DNA of 56,167 nt, counting the filler, from Basidiobolus ranarum (taxonomy: Eukaryota): the NCBI GenBank assembly GCA_040143965.1. It is 4 parts of 4 records of this genome, joined end to end, with 100 filler letters (N's around TTAATTAATTAA, not from the genome) between each part and the next. Parts side by side here need not be neighbours in the genome. Positions count along the whole stretch, not along the records: positions 1 to 13,990 come from JASJQH010007323.1; 3 more parts are not named here. One strand, 5' to 3'. The notes below the pieces were generated by a model, which saw only the letters and a list, made by a program, of their open reading frames with translations, had not been told where the DNA came from and did no database searches. The translations under genes and the position numbers were made by a program. Positions 1 to 12,733 of this stretch are shown piece after piece; the stretch's first letter is position 1, and each line of letters opens with the position of its first letter.

Positions 1-3000
1 GTAGTTACAATCATCTCATCACCGTGAATGTTTTGCGTCTTTGTGGTGACTGCTGTGAGTTGAGATTGCTCCTTGGCTTGTTTCTCAATCTCGGCAATCT
101 GTTGACGTTGAAGGGAGGGAGCTGAGATCTCCATACCAAGAATAATATCTCTAATCTCCGACTGTGTGAGGGAAGCAACGTTTACATTGTTCTTCTTACC
201 ATAATCTCCAAGAATGAGATCCTTCAATGACACTTCAACCTTGATCCACTCTTCATCAGTAAGAGTGGGCCAAATGTGATGAGGCTCAGTGATGGTTGTC
301 TTATCAGGACGGAGAATCATCTTCGTCTTATCATTGTTAACATGGAGAGCACGTAAAATCAGAATAAGACGAGAGAAAGCGGTGTAGGAAGAAATAGTAC
401 GCAACCAATCGTCATACAAATTGAAGAGGACCATCTGTGGCTCTGTCGCCTTAAGGATCAAATCACCAAACTTCTCCACCTTAAGACAGGCTTGGAATGG
501 AAGTTGAAGTTCACTTCCCTTGATAACAATATTGGGGAAATCAAGTAAATGAACTTCCAAAGGATCAAGCATACCCTTACGAGTAACAATGATCTGTTTG
601 GGCTGTTCTTCAACTGGAAGTGATCGAATTAAGGCCGCAACTTCTTCAGCAGTTTTCCATTTAGCTAACTGACCTAGACGCTTTTGACCAGCCCAGACGG
701 AAGTATGAATGATCTTCAAGAAGAGTTGACCAGTTCTGGGATTGAAGATAAAGATAGCACCGTTGATAGGCTTGGTGGTCAAGTTACCTTCGAAAGTTTT
801 GTGAATAGTAACTCTGTACACATTCGTATCGTCAACAAACCAAATGATTTGGTTACTGAACAATTCCCCATAGTTCTGACTACTGAGATAAGGCTCAGTA
901 GGCTCAGATGAATAGAGCTGAAGACCCTTACGAATACGTTCACGAAGAACGTACAAGGCAGGGTTAGCCTTCATGATTTTGGCCATGGCTTGTTGCATAA
1001 GTGGCTTCAAACCAGGGAACCAATTACCGTAGGCACTATGTAAGTTGTAAGCAAGGTCAATACCCACCATGGAACCAGTAGGTGAAGGATAGATACTCAT
1101 GTTATCAGTAGTATAATCCAAGAATTTGGCACGAGTGTATCTTTCAATGTCATGAGAATCGAAATCTCCCCAGCGAAGTTGTACATCAACCCAGAACTTC
1201 TGGGTTGTAGCACCATCCATAGAGTCTTTGGTATCGCTAAGCAAGGATGGTCTTGACACACTCCACTTGTAAGCAGCGAATAACAAGATATCAGCACAAG
1301 AACTGTTCATTTTGTAACTCTTTCTAGGATGAATAGTTTCCTTTTGAACAGTTTCGATCTGTAGGGCCTCTAGCTCTTGATCGAACACTTGACACAAATC
1401 CATAACCACACTTTCGTGAATCTTCTGCCACAAGTGAGCACGGAAAATCTGAATCAAGGAGATCTTTAAGGTGGGAATCTTACCGTGCATGAAAATACCA
1501 GTCAAATCCAATTGGACTTGGAAACCAACATAGACATTAGCACGATTGATGGTTGGAGACCACCATAGAGTAAAACGACGATTAGGAATTTGATTCAAAC
1601 CACTTCTTTGCGCATTGGTCAGTTTCTTGTACTTCATTGACTCTTCGAAACCACTGGCTTTTTCCCAGAATAAACCTTCCCAAGTAGGGAAATAGGTTCC
1701 CTTGAAGAGTGTGTGTTCCAAAATACCTTCAACACCACCAAGAGCTTGGATCATATCTGTACGATAATTGTTCAAATTCCAGAGTTTACCATCGTGTCGT
1801 TGATGAGTCCACCAGAATGGATTGTTCTTAAGGACTTGGTATTGCTTGAAGTCAGTTCTAACTCTCCATCCTTTGTCGTAGGCCAATGTGTGTCTATCCT
1901 TTTGGAAGAGAGTGTTGATACGAGGAATACCTCGATCCCAAGAATCTTCAAGATCCTCAAGAGTAAGACGACGGTTTTGTGCGTTGGCCTCTTGTCTCTT
2001 CAGCGCATATTCGGCCCACACACGTTGGGAATCGATGAATTCGGACTCCCATGGTTGGATGTATCTGAACAAGTTGGGAATAACCTGGTCTTCTTCATGG
2101 CTCATACCAGAACGGAAATGAGTGATTCCAGTTTCGGTTTGCTGAGACCAGCGAAGATCGGACTGAGGAATGAGAACATGACCCATAGACAACATACCCA
2201 ATCCACCTAATTCTTTAGGAGTATAGAACACTACGGGAGGGAATCTTGAAGGCATCTTGGAATTCAAACCAATCTTGATACGAGTTTGGATTTTGTTTTC
2301 ACATTTCACTAACAGATCGAGAAGTTCACGTGTGTGAACGACGGCCTCACGGAAATAAGTCATCAACCCAATAAGTGCAGTATTCCATTTGTTGACGATC
2401 TTGGTGAAGGTAGTAGAGCCAGAAGCCATCAAAATTTGACGGACACGGTTATGGAACTTAGCTTGGGATTCCTCATCAACGCGAAGATAAGCCTGTGCAG
2501 TACGCTCCTTAGTTTCCTCGTTAATAAGGTTCCAAACACCATCACTCAAACTGAATTCTTCATTGAGGCTTCGAATCTTGGGTAGAATTCTGACTTCAAA
2601 GCCACACATAGCAAAGAGCAAGTTCGGGTTGTCTTTACTGTAAACACTAACGAAGCTGTCTTCCCATTCAATTGTGGTAAGTGATCTGGGCAATCTGTTT
2701 TTAATTTCCCAAAACACGGCTCTACCCAGATTGACATCATGCTTCATAAGTCTCATTCTGCAATCTCTAGGCCAGCATCTCTTATTGTTATATCCAACAA
2801 TATTCTCGTTATTGGGATCTGGATGCTCAGTAAGATACCGCTGAATCAAATCACGGGCTTCGTCAGCTGAGAAACGGAATAGCATATGAATACGATCAAT
2901 ATAACGCGAGTAAAGACGAATTGGATGACGTACTTCAGTAGCGACATCGCGATACTGCAGGAAATCATTAGGCATCTGAGGAGGTCCTGCCATCTCACTA

Positions 3001-6000
3001 GCTCTTTGTAATCCAAGTAAGAGGATATCCAATACAAGGCCATAGTATTGGAAGATAAAACTAGCAAATTGCAGACCTCTGATCAAACCGTAAGAATTAA
3101 CGTGATTCATATCTTTGTAATTGAGAACAACGTTATTCTTGGCGGTCATGTAATCTGCAATATTGTGATCCAGAATAAGGCGAAGCAGTTTGTTCAACAA
3201 CGTCAAATCAATCTTCTCATAAACCTTACTGAATACAGTCTCGAGCATGACATTGCATTCACCAGATTCAGTAACCCATACATCTGTCAAGTTGTTGATT
3301 CCTTGACACCATTTATAGACAAGCAATGGTGGTGGTTCTGTGTCTGAAGGCTTGATCCAAGCAGGGAAGAGGTGACGTTTATCCGCCTCATACCATAAGT
3401 ACTGGTCAAGATAAGCATCAGTAATCTTCTCGAGTGGCTCCACATCATAAACAGGAATGAGATGGCTATAGAGATCCATAAACTCAATTCCGATCTCCTT
3501 GAAGGCACGTTGGGTGAGTAGTAAACGTTTAATTCTACTCAAGGCCTCATGGGGATTATCGTAGGCCTGTTCAATGAGACCAAGCTCTTCACGTTGATTT
3601 TGGTTCAATCTACCCTGAACGCTGTAAGCCTCTCTAAGTCTCTCAAGCGCCAAGATAAGAAGCTTTGTGTCATGCTTGTAAGATAGAGGAGGGAAAGGAA
3701 TAGGGGCGAATTTTCTGCTCTCTAACCAATGGACAGTGGACGTGTAAATAGCAACAGCTTCTTCGGCAGTGATATAAGGACCATCCTTAAGATAGTTGTG
3801 TTGACGCTCTTGTTCAGCCTTCAACCAAAGACGTGTAAGACGACCTAAATTCTTCTTACATACTGTCTTATCAACGGTAGCACCACGTCTAATTCTTTCA
3901 CGATTGTAGTGAGCAACACTTGTCCACCAATCAGCTTTAGATTTTACATATCTGAGGATCATATTTTCGATAGGTGTAGGTAAGCCAGGTACTTTCCAAG
4001 GAATGTTAGCTTTCCAGCAACGCCATGCTTCACTAAGATGTTGGAGAATGGTTTTGGATTTGTTCGCCTTGATACCTTCAGGCATCATATCGAGGATATC
4101 GTGCATAACAGCGGCACGAAGTTCAAGATCGTAGTGAGACTCAACACGTTGCTTTGTGACAGTCTTTGCGATACCCTTGGAATGACGACCTTCGAAATGT
4201 CTAGCCAAAAGATTTCCAAGCCATCTCTCAAGGAGGGGAACAATACCACGCATGAAGAAGAGCCAGATACGCCATCCTGGAGCCCAGAAACCACACCCTG
4301 GACCCTTACCAACTGGGCCGGTATTGAAACGATAATAGATCAAATGCTTCAAATCCTTGCACATACGGATTTGACGCATAAGTCTATACTTGTAACGATA
4401 CATACCAGTAAGTTGGCCAACGTGAGCAAAAATGTATTGAAGACCATCAGCGAGCTGGAAAGCGTCAACATTACCAAGACGGTATTGAACGTGGGAGTCC
4501 ACAATAAGTTTTGTCAAACGCAAAATTTCACGGCAAAGATGGAAAGCATTACCAAATCTGGATTTCTTTCTTTCCTTTGTGGTAAGGGTTTTGACAGGCT
4601 TAAGATTGAAATTGTAATCCAAATGGAGGTAATTCAAGTTCTTACGATGAATGAGCAAATTGAGCATATTGTATCCCTGACGGCAAACCTGTAGACCAGC
4701 TTCAACCCAATCCAACTCAGTTGTTTGGAAGAACTTGGTAGATTTGAGCTGGCGGAACAAATACTTCTTGTTGAGAGCCTTAGGTGCTCGGTGCTTCAAT
4801 GACGTTAAGACATAGCATTTAAGCAGCTTCTGATATGATACTCTGACCTTGACAGGCTGGTTAGGGGGACAATGCTCCATATACCAGAATTTGACCAAGG
4901 TAACATCTTGAGCACGTCTAGTGCGGCCACTTCGCTTGTCGAATGGATGAGGTGCCCACCAAAGAGCTATGGCATTGGCAGTGTTGTCATTGTATAGCGG
5001 AACTTCCTCTAGGAAAGGCTGGAATTCCTCAGGAAGTGTGAACTCGCTTTCTTCTTCGCTAAATAGCTCCTCCTCATGAGCATGTGCCTCCACGCTTATA
5101 TTGCGAGAAGAAATTGGGTTGATGATAGGATCAAAGTAAAAGGCTGGAAGATCTGGGTCATCAGTACGGACATATACATTGATTGGATAATGGTACCATG
5201 AAACGCGAACGGATCTAGGAAGAGAGTTGTAAAGGAATGGGAAGGCAATCTTATACTCGGTACGAACGGGTTGTCTAATGATAATCTTGTTAATATCATT
5301 AAACTCATTCCAATCCTCATCAGCAGTGTCGAGATCGCGATATAGCGGCTCAAACTTAGGACCACCGGGAATAGCCATGTTGAGGGATTTAGCGGTAATG
5401 AAAGCATTAATATCAAACAGATAGAAGTAATTTTGATCGGTAAGGTCGGATAACAGTTGATGGGCCAGACGGTACAACGTTGACATTATAGGCAAGTCGA
5501 GCTTCCACTTTCTATAGGTAGAACCGTTAACAAATTTGGTATCAATAAGTGGCTTATGGTCATAAAACCATTCGTGAACAGCACCGTCTTCGTCCTCATC
5601 GAGATCCATTTGAATGGCTTCGAGAGGCTCAACATCCATGACATTGTCTCCGTAGTCAAGGGGTGGTTCTTCATCATCGAAAGGTGGGAAACGCATACGT
5701 TTGAAATGTCTTCTGTCACGTTTTTCTTTTCTCATCATGATCCACATAGTACCCCATTGAGCGATATAAACCGGCTCAATAACCCAAGGAATTTCGTTGA
5801 CAAAGGTGATGGCTCCTGTGATGTGATATAAAATAGGGACTTCACGAATCTATATAACAAAAAAGCATTAGTTGGGCTTGACCAACAAAGCCATAATAAA
5901 CCAGCGTTTTCAAGTACCTGTTCCCAAGGCATTGGCATATTTTCTAAAAGCTTAAGAACAGCGTGTGGGACATACTTTAACGCACCCAAATAAATACGCT

Positions 6001-6292
6001 TATCGTGACGGAACTTCTTGTTAGACATATCACCATGATCTTTGATGATCTTACGAATGTGCTCAGGAGGCATGTCTTCTTTTTGATGCTCTACAAAACC
6101 AAACCTTCTCTTATCACCGTAGCGTTTGGTGTTGATTTGTTGCCATTTTCTAGCTTTCTCCTGTAGTTTTTGCTCCATAATCTTAGCTTGATCAGGAGCA
6201 CCATCTGTCTCCATCATTTGTGATGGATCATAATTCTGCTGGTCTGGTACAGCCACGAACTGTCCTGAGGACAACTCGTTTTGATCGGCCAT
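1..6292 (-). CDS. PRP8: Pre-mRNA splicing factor Prp8 (U5 snRNP core), 3'-truncated by window edge; exon 1 6292-5918, intron 5917-5850, exon 2 5849 to <1
   Basis: N-terminus [11 protein letters not shown]...[18 protein letters not shown]...[11 protein letters not shown] is the conserved Prp8 start. GT..CTAAT..TAG intron of 68 nt, then [33 protein letters not shown] read near 1680-1622. Exon 2 is absent from the ORF track, consistent with no stop inside the window. Confidence 0.98.
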
Positions 6293-6734
6293 ATTTTAAA
6301 GACGAAAGTATATATTTACACTCTTCAAAGGTCTAGATATCTTTTGGAGATAATAAGACAAAAAAATTTTCTATGACACGAAAAGGATAGAGGTTTGGAA
6401 AAAGAATAAGAGGAGGTGAAGAAAATGAACACGAACTAACGTACGTTAGCGTCCAGCTTTGCATAGGAGTCAATCGATTATTTACTGTATTTTTTTTCTG
6501 CCTTCCAATCAGTCACGTGCTAATCATTTTGTCTAACTACCTCAATCTTACTGCGCCTTAATTGATTTGATGACTTTAAAATGCATTTTTAAAGTTGCAT
6601 TAAAAAATGATATTGTGACATAAGTTGCTATAATTTTTATGCTAGCATGTAAATTCTCTCCAAATATATGTGGCGAAATTGGCACCAACCTCTGACTGAG
6701 AGTCTGGAAGCCTTATAGCATTTGTAGTGCTGTT

Positions 6735-7324
6735 ATGATGTTTTCATATTTCCCGAAAAATTGTGAGTGTATATTTTGTTCAGTCAATAAATAGCCCGCA
6801 ACTAGTGTGGTTTATGAAGTGGGTAATCAGAAGCCTAATTGATTTTTTGTCAACAGGGTGAAGACGTGATTGCTTTTCATGACACAAGGCCTGCTTCCGA
6901 AACTCATTTACTGTTTGTTCCGACCAGGCGTATAGGGAGCTTGTAATAGTTTCTATGATAGAACATATAAATATGGATAAAGCTGATAAATATTTACATA
7001 GACAATAAATACACTTGAAGCTACGATATAGGTAGGCCTTGAAGAAATATTATTCAAATATCTGAATCAATTTGATTTACCGAATTATCTAGTAAAAAAA
7101 ATGAAATTTGTTGGGCGTCGTTTGCTCCAAGAGCAAGGATATTTTGAAGAGAACGTTAGGTAAACCAGGTCAATATTTTTATCCTTTTCCCTGAACTAGT
7201 TTATTTTAATATATACACCTTTTAACTTTCGAAATTGAGGGTCGTCAGAATATATTCTCATAATATATCGCTAATGTTTACTTCAGTTGAAAGTGTTCTG
7301 GAAAAATGGAAGCAGCAACTTTAG
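6735..7324 (+). pseudogene. Degenerate HIT-family (HINT3-like) gene relic
   Basis: Manual translation gives MMFSYFPKNCECIFCSVNK*PATSVVYE, GEDVIAFHDTRPASETHLLFVPTRRI, KKMKFVGRRLLQEQGYFEENVR and ESVLEKWKQQL*, separated by intron-like segments. In-frame TAG at 6792-6794. No HxHxH triad exon found. Confidence 0.75.
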
Positions 7325-7665
7325 TGTATGAGTCTGATAAAATCATTTGGATAAAATATCGAATACGTATCTATATTCAGTAATTTATTCATGTTGAAGT
7401 TCCAATTTTAGATTCTCAACCAGAATCCAGTATATTTTAGTCGCTTTGTGAGGTATTTTATATTTTATTAATATCAGTATGATATTCCTTACATAAGAAG
7501 ACCGTATTTTCGTTATATAACGCATCAAAGTACGTTTGGAGAGGGCACTTAGATGCTTATACTTCACATATGTAATGCATTTTTTTAGTGTCAAGAATGC
7601 TGACAACGTTAGACCCCTTGAAACAAGATCCAACACATTCAACAAGAAATATGATATATTTATTT

Positions 7666-9417
7666 CTAATGTCTCGTACCCTCAGTGTCATTGTCATTTG
7701 GCTGGCCGACGGGAGCTGGTACGCCTTGAGTCAATAGCTGCCAAACAGTTAATTTCATTTCTTTGGTTTGCTTAGTCTGTTCCTCTTGAATTAGTTTCAA
7801 TTGCTCCTTGGCAGCCTCTTGTAGAGCATCATGTTCATGGGCAAAAGTCTCATGTAGTTGTTTGCGCTGCTCCTCCAAGAACCAAACCGGCATTTTTTCC
7901 TGTTAATTAAGTTGAAAAAGATTACAAACATCTCATCAGTGCTGATGTGAGGAATACTAACTTGAGTGCCACCGCCAAATAAACTAGCAAGTCCCCTTCT
8001 TTTGTTCTTGTTTTGCTCCTCCCACTGTAAGCGTATCTGATCTTTCATTTGCTGCTCCCAATTAGCAAACTCTGTTGGAATATCTTTCCCATAATAATTT
8101 TGGCACACTGGCCGAACATCAGGAATATCCATAAGTACAAGGCCTGTAGAGTAAACAACATATTATAAATAGATTGACTAGCGACGAGAGGAATTGAATA
8201 TCTCTTACTTTCGAGGAAGGGGATCATCGATAATAGGTAGTTATCATCTGGCTCCCCCTTCCAAGGCTTGACAGCAATAGCATTTTCGGGTTGAAGTGAG
8301 TAAGCATCTGGATTGGAATCCATCATGATCACTTTGGAGAGATCTCGGTTTAATCTGCTGATGTCCTGATGATGATTAACAATTAGTAACAGCTATGTAC
8401 TATTAGCAATATCGTAGACCAGATGGCGTGTTACCTTGACGTGCTTCTTGTCGATGTATCGTGTGGATTCACGATAGAGTCTATACATGATATATTGATA
8501 TGGATCAAGCTTATCCAATATTGTTATCGCATTCTGTCGATAGAATTTCTTAATCGCGAGTTCACTCGACAAAGGAATGATTCAACTTACGAAGGAATTT
8601 TGAGAAGTAAACACAACAATCTCATAAAACTGTGAAAGATAGGCTAGAAAGTAATCGACACCGGGACGCTTAGCGATTCTCCATCCATGCTCTATCTATT
8701 GGGTGAAATAAGAAGAGCCATTATTGGAATCAACAAGAGGGAAATGTCGTTATTTGGATACTTGCATCCCAAGTGGAATAAATTAATGTTTCATCCAAAT
8801 TGATGACTAGAGTGTAAGGACGCTGGTAAGGCGCAGGAAGTGGATCAGGTAATAGTTGTTCCCAGACTGGCTCGCTATAGTACTAGAAGTGAATCTGTAA
8901 GTAGACTGTCTCACCGCAGGATGTAACGATTCTTACCTTGAATATAGTATCCAAGCGTTCAATGGCACGCCGTTTGTAAGCCCATACAAGGGGCTCGTCA
9001 GATTTCTACAGAATAAGTGTGTGTGGTTGCTGAAAACAATATAAAATGTCTCACCAGATTTTTATCCTCTTCTGTATACGGTCTGCCTAAATTTGCAGTT
9101 TATCTATATATTTAGTAAAAACAGTCACCGGTTCACCTTATATACCTCCTCCTACCCAGATATGCAAAAGCTCCCAAGCCGAGAGTGACTACACTAGTAG
9201 TAGCTCCAAATAATATTTTTCTGGAATTGTTGAGACTAGTTTTAGGCTTTGATGGTCTTTTGGCCTTCACAGGTTTTGTAGTTGAGCTGCCGATCTTCTG
9301 TTTCAAGACTTCCTGAGCTATACCATTACTGGTCCCAACATTTCCACCTTGTACGTCGTTGGAAAAGCATCTAACTAGAGTTCGTATATTGGTACCTTTG
9401 GCGAATCTGCTAAACAT
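7666..9417 (-). CDS. TIM50: Mitochondrial import inner membrane translocase subunit Tim50 (9 exons)
   Basis: Presequence-like N-terminus and a TM segment, then spliced [78 protein letters not shown] and [29 protein letters not shown] stop at 7668-7666. Confidence 0.95.
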
Positions 9418-10025
9418 GGTTCTATCTGGTATAGAAAACTAAGTAACAATCTTAAGGTTGTCTCTGCAAGTATCATCGAATATTAATATTAAATGCGTAA
9501 CTCAAAACCATCGTCATCTGTGTTGTTTAACTTTTACGTCATAGCATAAATAAAGTAGAATATGGATAATATTTCGAATTAAGATAATATTCACACTGGA
9601 TTAGATGAGTATATAGGGTAATGTTTGGTTGACTCTCATTTGTTAATGCGTGAGTTGGCTGTGGGTAGAAAAAAGTAGATATGGTGACTATCCAAATTCT
9701 GTTAGCATCAGGTGATATCTAGGCAGTAACAATAATGATCACTTGGTAGAGTAGATATTATACATTGGGTATATAGTTTATGTTAATCGCAAGAGAAAGC
9801 GAACACATAGAATGCGGTATTATTATATTATACTATCTACTGCGACTGGTTTATCTATACATATGTGGTAATCCACTAATAGTAAAAGTTTTTTTGGCAC
9901 AACCTGACCTGCCACTTGATGCAGTACCCATAGGGTTAGGTGAAGGTTTGAAGGGTGAAACCAAATTTTCGGATACACTTTAGTCACGAACGAAAACAGA
10001 ATGGCTACCAAATCAGATTCAGGTG

Positions 10026-10122
10026 ACACAAACAGTAGGTAGCGATCCATCTAACAATCTACCTAACAATCCGTAACACAAACAGTAGGTAGCGATCCAC
10101 CTAACAATCTACCTAGCAATCC
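10026..10122 (+). repeat. Two-copy tandem duplication, 50-bp period
   Basis: acacaaacagtaggtagcgatcca(t/c)ctaacaatctaccta(a/g)caatcc begins at 10026 and 10076. Confidence 0.9.
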
Positions 10123-10605
10123 ATCTATTTATGTCTTACTGTATTTGGTAGTATATGGATAGAGCCAAACAACCTTTGTCCATTTTTGGCCATGTTTGTA
10201 ACAGCTATTGGAAAGTTTAACAACGGCGAGCAGTCTTCAGGCCGGGAAATTGATTTTGAAGTATCTTTTCGAAAAGTCTATAAATAGCAAAATCTAGACC
10301 CTCCAATACACATCAGTACCTGCATACTTTCAAATGTTTGTTATCCAAGATTGAAAATGCTTATTGCTGCTATCTATAGCTTCCTATCATCTCCAAGAGG
10401 AAGAGTCGAATTCAGTAAAAGCAGCTCAAACCACCAAGTTTACGGTAAACATCTGTTAATTGGTTACATCCGTTATCATTTTATACCGAGTTTGGGAATG
10501 CGAGAGAAATTGGGTCTATGAGGTGATTACAACTACTATATAATAGTGACAGTCCTTCACTGTTGCGGTAATCATTAAAAAAATTCCAGTCCTCATCCCT
10601 TAACG

Positions 10606-12144
10606 ATGGGTTATCTCCAAAATCATCGCAAGACGAAGCTATCGGCAGTAGTCATTGTTGTAATAGGACTCATCTGTTTAGTGGTAATTACTCCGATTGT
10701 TCATCATAGCAAGAGAGGGAATGAAAAAGGAGGCGTCTATAATGAAGCAGCCAATGTAAACTCAACTACAACTGCACCAAACTCTCAATCTGAAGTTACT
10801 TCTCCTGAATCTACATCGACAACCGCATCGACAACCGCATCTACAACTACCACTACACTCACACCAACACCCACACCACAATCGCCTTGGATAGATCCTG
10901 ATACTCCAACACAATTCAAAACTAAATCAATTGGTGGCCAGAACTTTACTTTGGTGTTCTCCGATGAGTTTGAACAAGCAGGTCGTACTTTCGCCGAGGG
11001 TGATGATCCTAATTGGACTGCAGTAGATCTGTGGTACTGGGCTACAGGTGACATGGAGTGGTACAGTCCAAATGCTGTTTCTACATCAGATGGTAGCATG
11101 AAGATTAGAATGACTAAGGAGGAGATTAATGGCCACTCATACATGAGCGGTATGGTTCAAAGTTGGAACAAGTTTTGCTTCACTGGCGGAATTCTAGAAG
11201 TCAATGTATCTCTTCCGGGAAGTGGTAACGTTCCTGGTTTTTGGCCAGGTATTTGGACACTAGGTAACTTGGGTAGAGCTGGATATGGAGCCACTACTGA
11301 TGGTACCTGGCCATATACCTACGATACTTGTGACGCTGCAGTCGCCGTCAATCAAAGTATGCCTATGAACCACAACCTAGGTGATCAATGTTCTGTACAA
11401 CCAGGTCAAAGACTTAATAAATGCGTATGCCCTGGTGAGGACCATCCGAACCCTGGTGTAGGTCGTGGTGCTCCTGAAATTGATGTATTTGAAGTGTCCG
11501 TTTTTAATGGTGAATATGGCACGGCTTCTTTATCGGATCAAGTTGCACCCTTCAATTTCAATCCCGCCAACAACGATCGGTTCGCGAACAAAGAATATAT
11601 GAAAATATATGACCCAACTGCTTCGATAAACGGTTATGCAGGTGGTTCGTTACAACAATGTGTCTCTGCTGTGGCGCGTATTCCACTGGATGTATATGAA
11701 GGTCGAGCATTCCAAACATATTCATTTGAATATGTACCTGGAGCTGAAGGATACATTATCTGGAGAATCAATGATCAGGATATATGGAGACTAGATGCTG
11801 CGGCCATTGGGCCTGACGCACTGTCCAAAACTGCTCAAAGACTTATTAGCGCTGAACCAATGTCCATCAATATGAACTTTGGTATGTCCCACAGTTGGAC
11901 ATGGTTTGATGTTGACAAACTGACCTTCCCCAGTACCATGTGGATCGACTATGTCCGCGTCTATCAGCTTCCCGACAAGATAAATACTTCATGTGATCCA
12001 CCAGACTTCCCTACTGCTCAATACATCAAAGATCATCCTAAAGCCTACAACACTCCCACTGCAAGAACATGGAAAGAAGCTGGTTACGAGTTCCCCAAAT
12101 ATTCTCTTGAGCCAACTTGCTTTTCACAGAATGTAACCAATTAA
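10606..12144 (+). CDS. KRE6/SKN1-type GH16 beta-glucan synthesis-associated type II membrane protein, copy 1 (intronless, 512 aa)
   Basis: N-terminal TM, Ser/Thr linker, then WIDPDTP, LVFSDEF, QSWNKFCFTGG, WTLGNLGRAGYGATTDGTWPY, catalytic GRGAPEIDVFE and IDYVRVYQ. Confidence 0.95.
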   Translation: MGYLQNHRKTKLSAVVIVVIGLICLVVITPIVHHSKRGNEKGGVYNEAANVNSTTTAPNSQSEVTSPESTSTTASTTASTTTTTLTPTPTPQSPWIDPDTPTQFKTKSIGGQNFTLVFSDEFEQAGRTFAEGDDPNWTAVDLWYWATGDMEWYSPNAVSTSDGSMKIRMTKEEINGHSYMSGMVQSWNKFCFTGGILEVNVSLPGSGNVPGFWPGIWTLGNLGRAGYGATTDGTWPYTYDTCDAAVAVNQSMPMNHNLGDQCSVQPGQRLNKCVCPGEDHPNPGVGRGAPEIDVFEVSVFNGEYGTASLSDQVAPFNFNPANNDRFANKEYMKIYDPTASINGYAGGSLQQCVSAVARIPLDVYEGRAFQTYSFEYVPGAEGYIIWRINDQDIWRLDAAAIGPDALSKTAQRLISAEPMSINMNFGMSHSWTWFDVDKLTFPSTMWIDYVRVYQLPDKINTSCDPPDFPTAQYIKDHPKAYNTPTARTWKEAGYEFPKYSLEPTCFSQNVTN

Positions 12145-12733
12145 GTTTCAGCTTCACCAACTTATTCTCGCAATTGTATTCATAAACGTCAATCCATTTA
12201 TATACCTAACCCCTTTCACCTCTTTCAATGAAACTAACAGCATGATAGTCACAAAAATTAAGTCAAGCTTGAAAATAATCTCTTATATTTAGAAAATCCC
12301 GACAATCCTTTGGAATATGCTATATATATAAATTAATCAAAACAAATATTGTACCAAATATGGGGAACACATAATCGAGATTTTAGAGAGTACAAACTCT
12401 CATTGGCCGATCGTTTGTTGATAGGCACTTAGAGACACATGTGAGAAACTTCTTTTCTAGTATTAATTGTGCAGCTAGCGGGTAACAGTAACCGTAGCTA
12501 ATAATTGCAACGATCATTTCGAGTGGTTTTCCAATTGTAGCTTATCGTGTCAGAGAGTCCATCTAACCGAAGCCAATGACATTGGCCTACGGCACACAAA
12601 CGCTAAGGTCCCAACTGGGTGCTCATATTGGGATACTGGAGCTTTGGAGCATAACAATGAAAGATTCTATGAAATGATTAAGCTCTTATATAAGAGTATT
12701 AGCTGATACATTGAGCAACTCTTACCACTAGCA

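Noticed and set aside
1622..1680. PRP8 intein at the classic fungal insertion site
   Set aside because: The site reads [12 protein letters not shown] uninterrupted, and its distance from the start roughly matches an intein-free Prp8.
684..5831. Plus-strand ORFs of 75-218 aa and short alternative-frame minus ORFs over PRP8
   Set aside because: Antisense or shadow frames of a highly conserved gene, with no recognisable domains.
10026..10122. CRISPR-like array
   Set aside because: Only two adjacent copies with no unique spacers, no cas genes, and a eukaryotic context.
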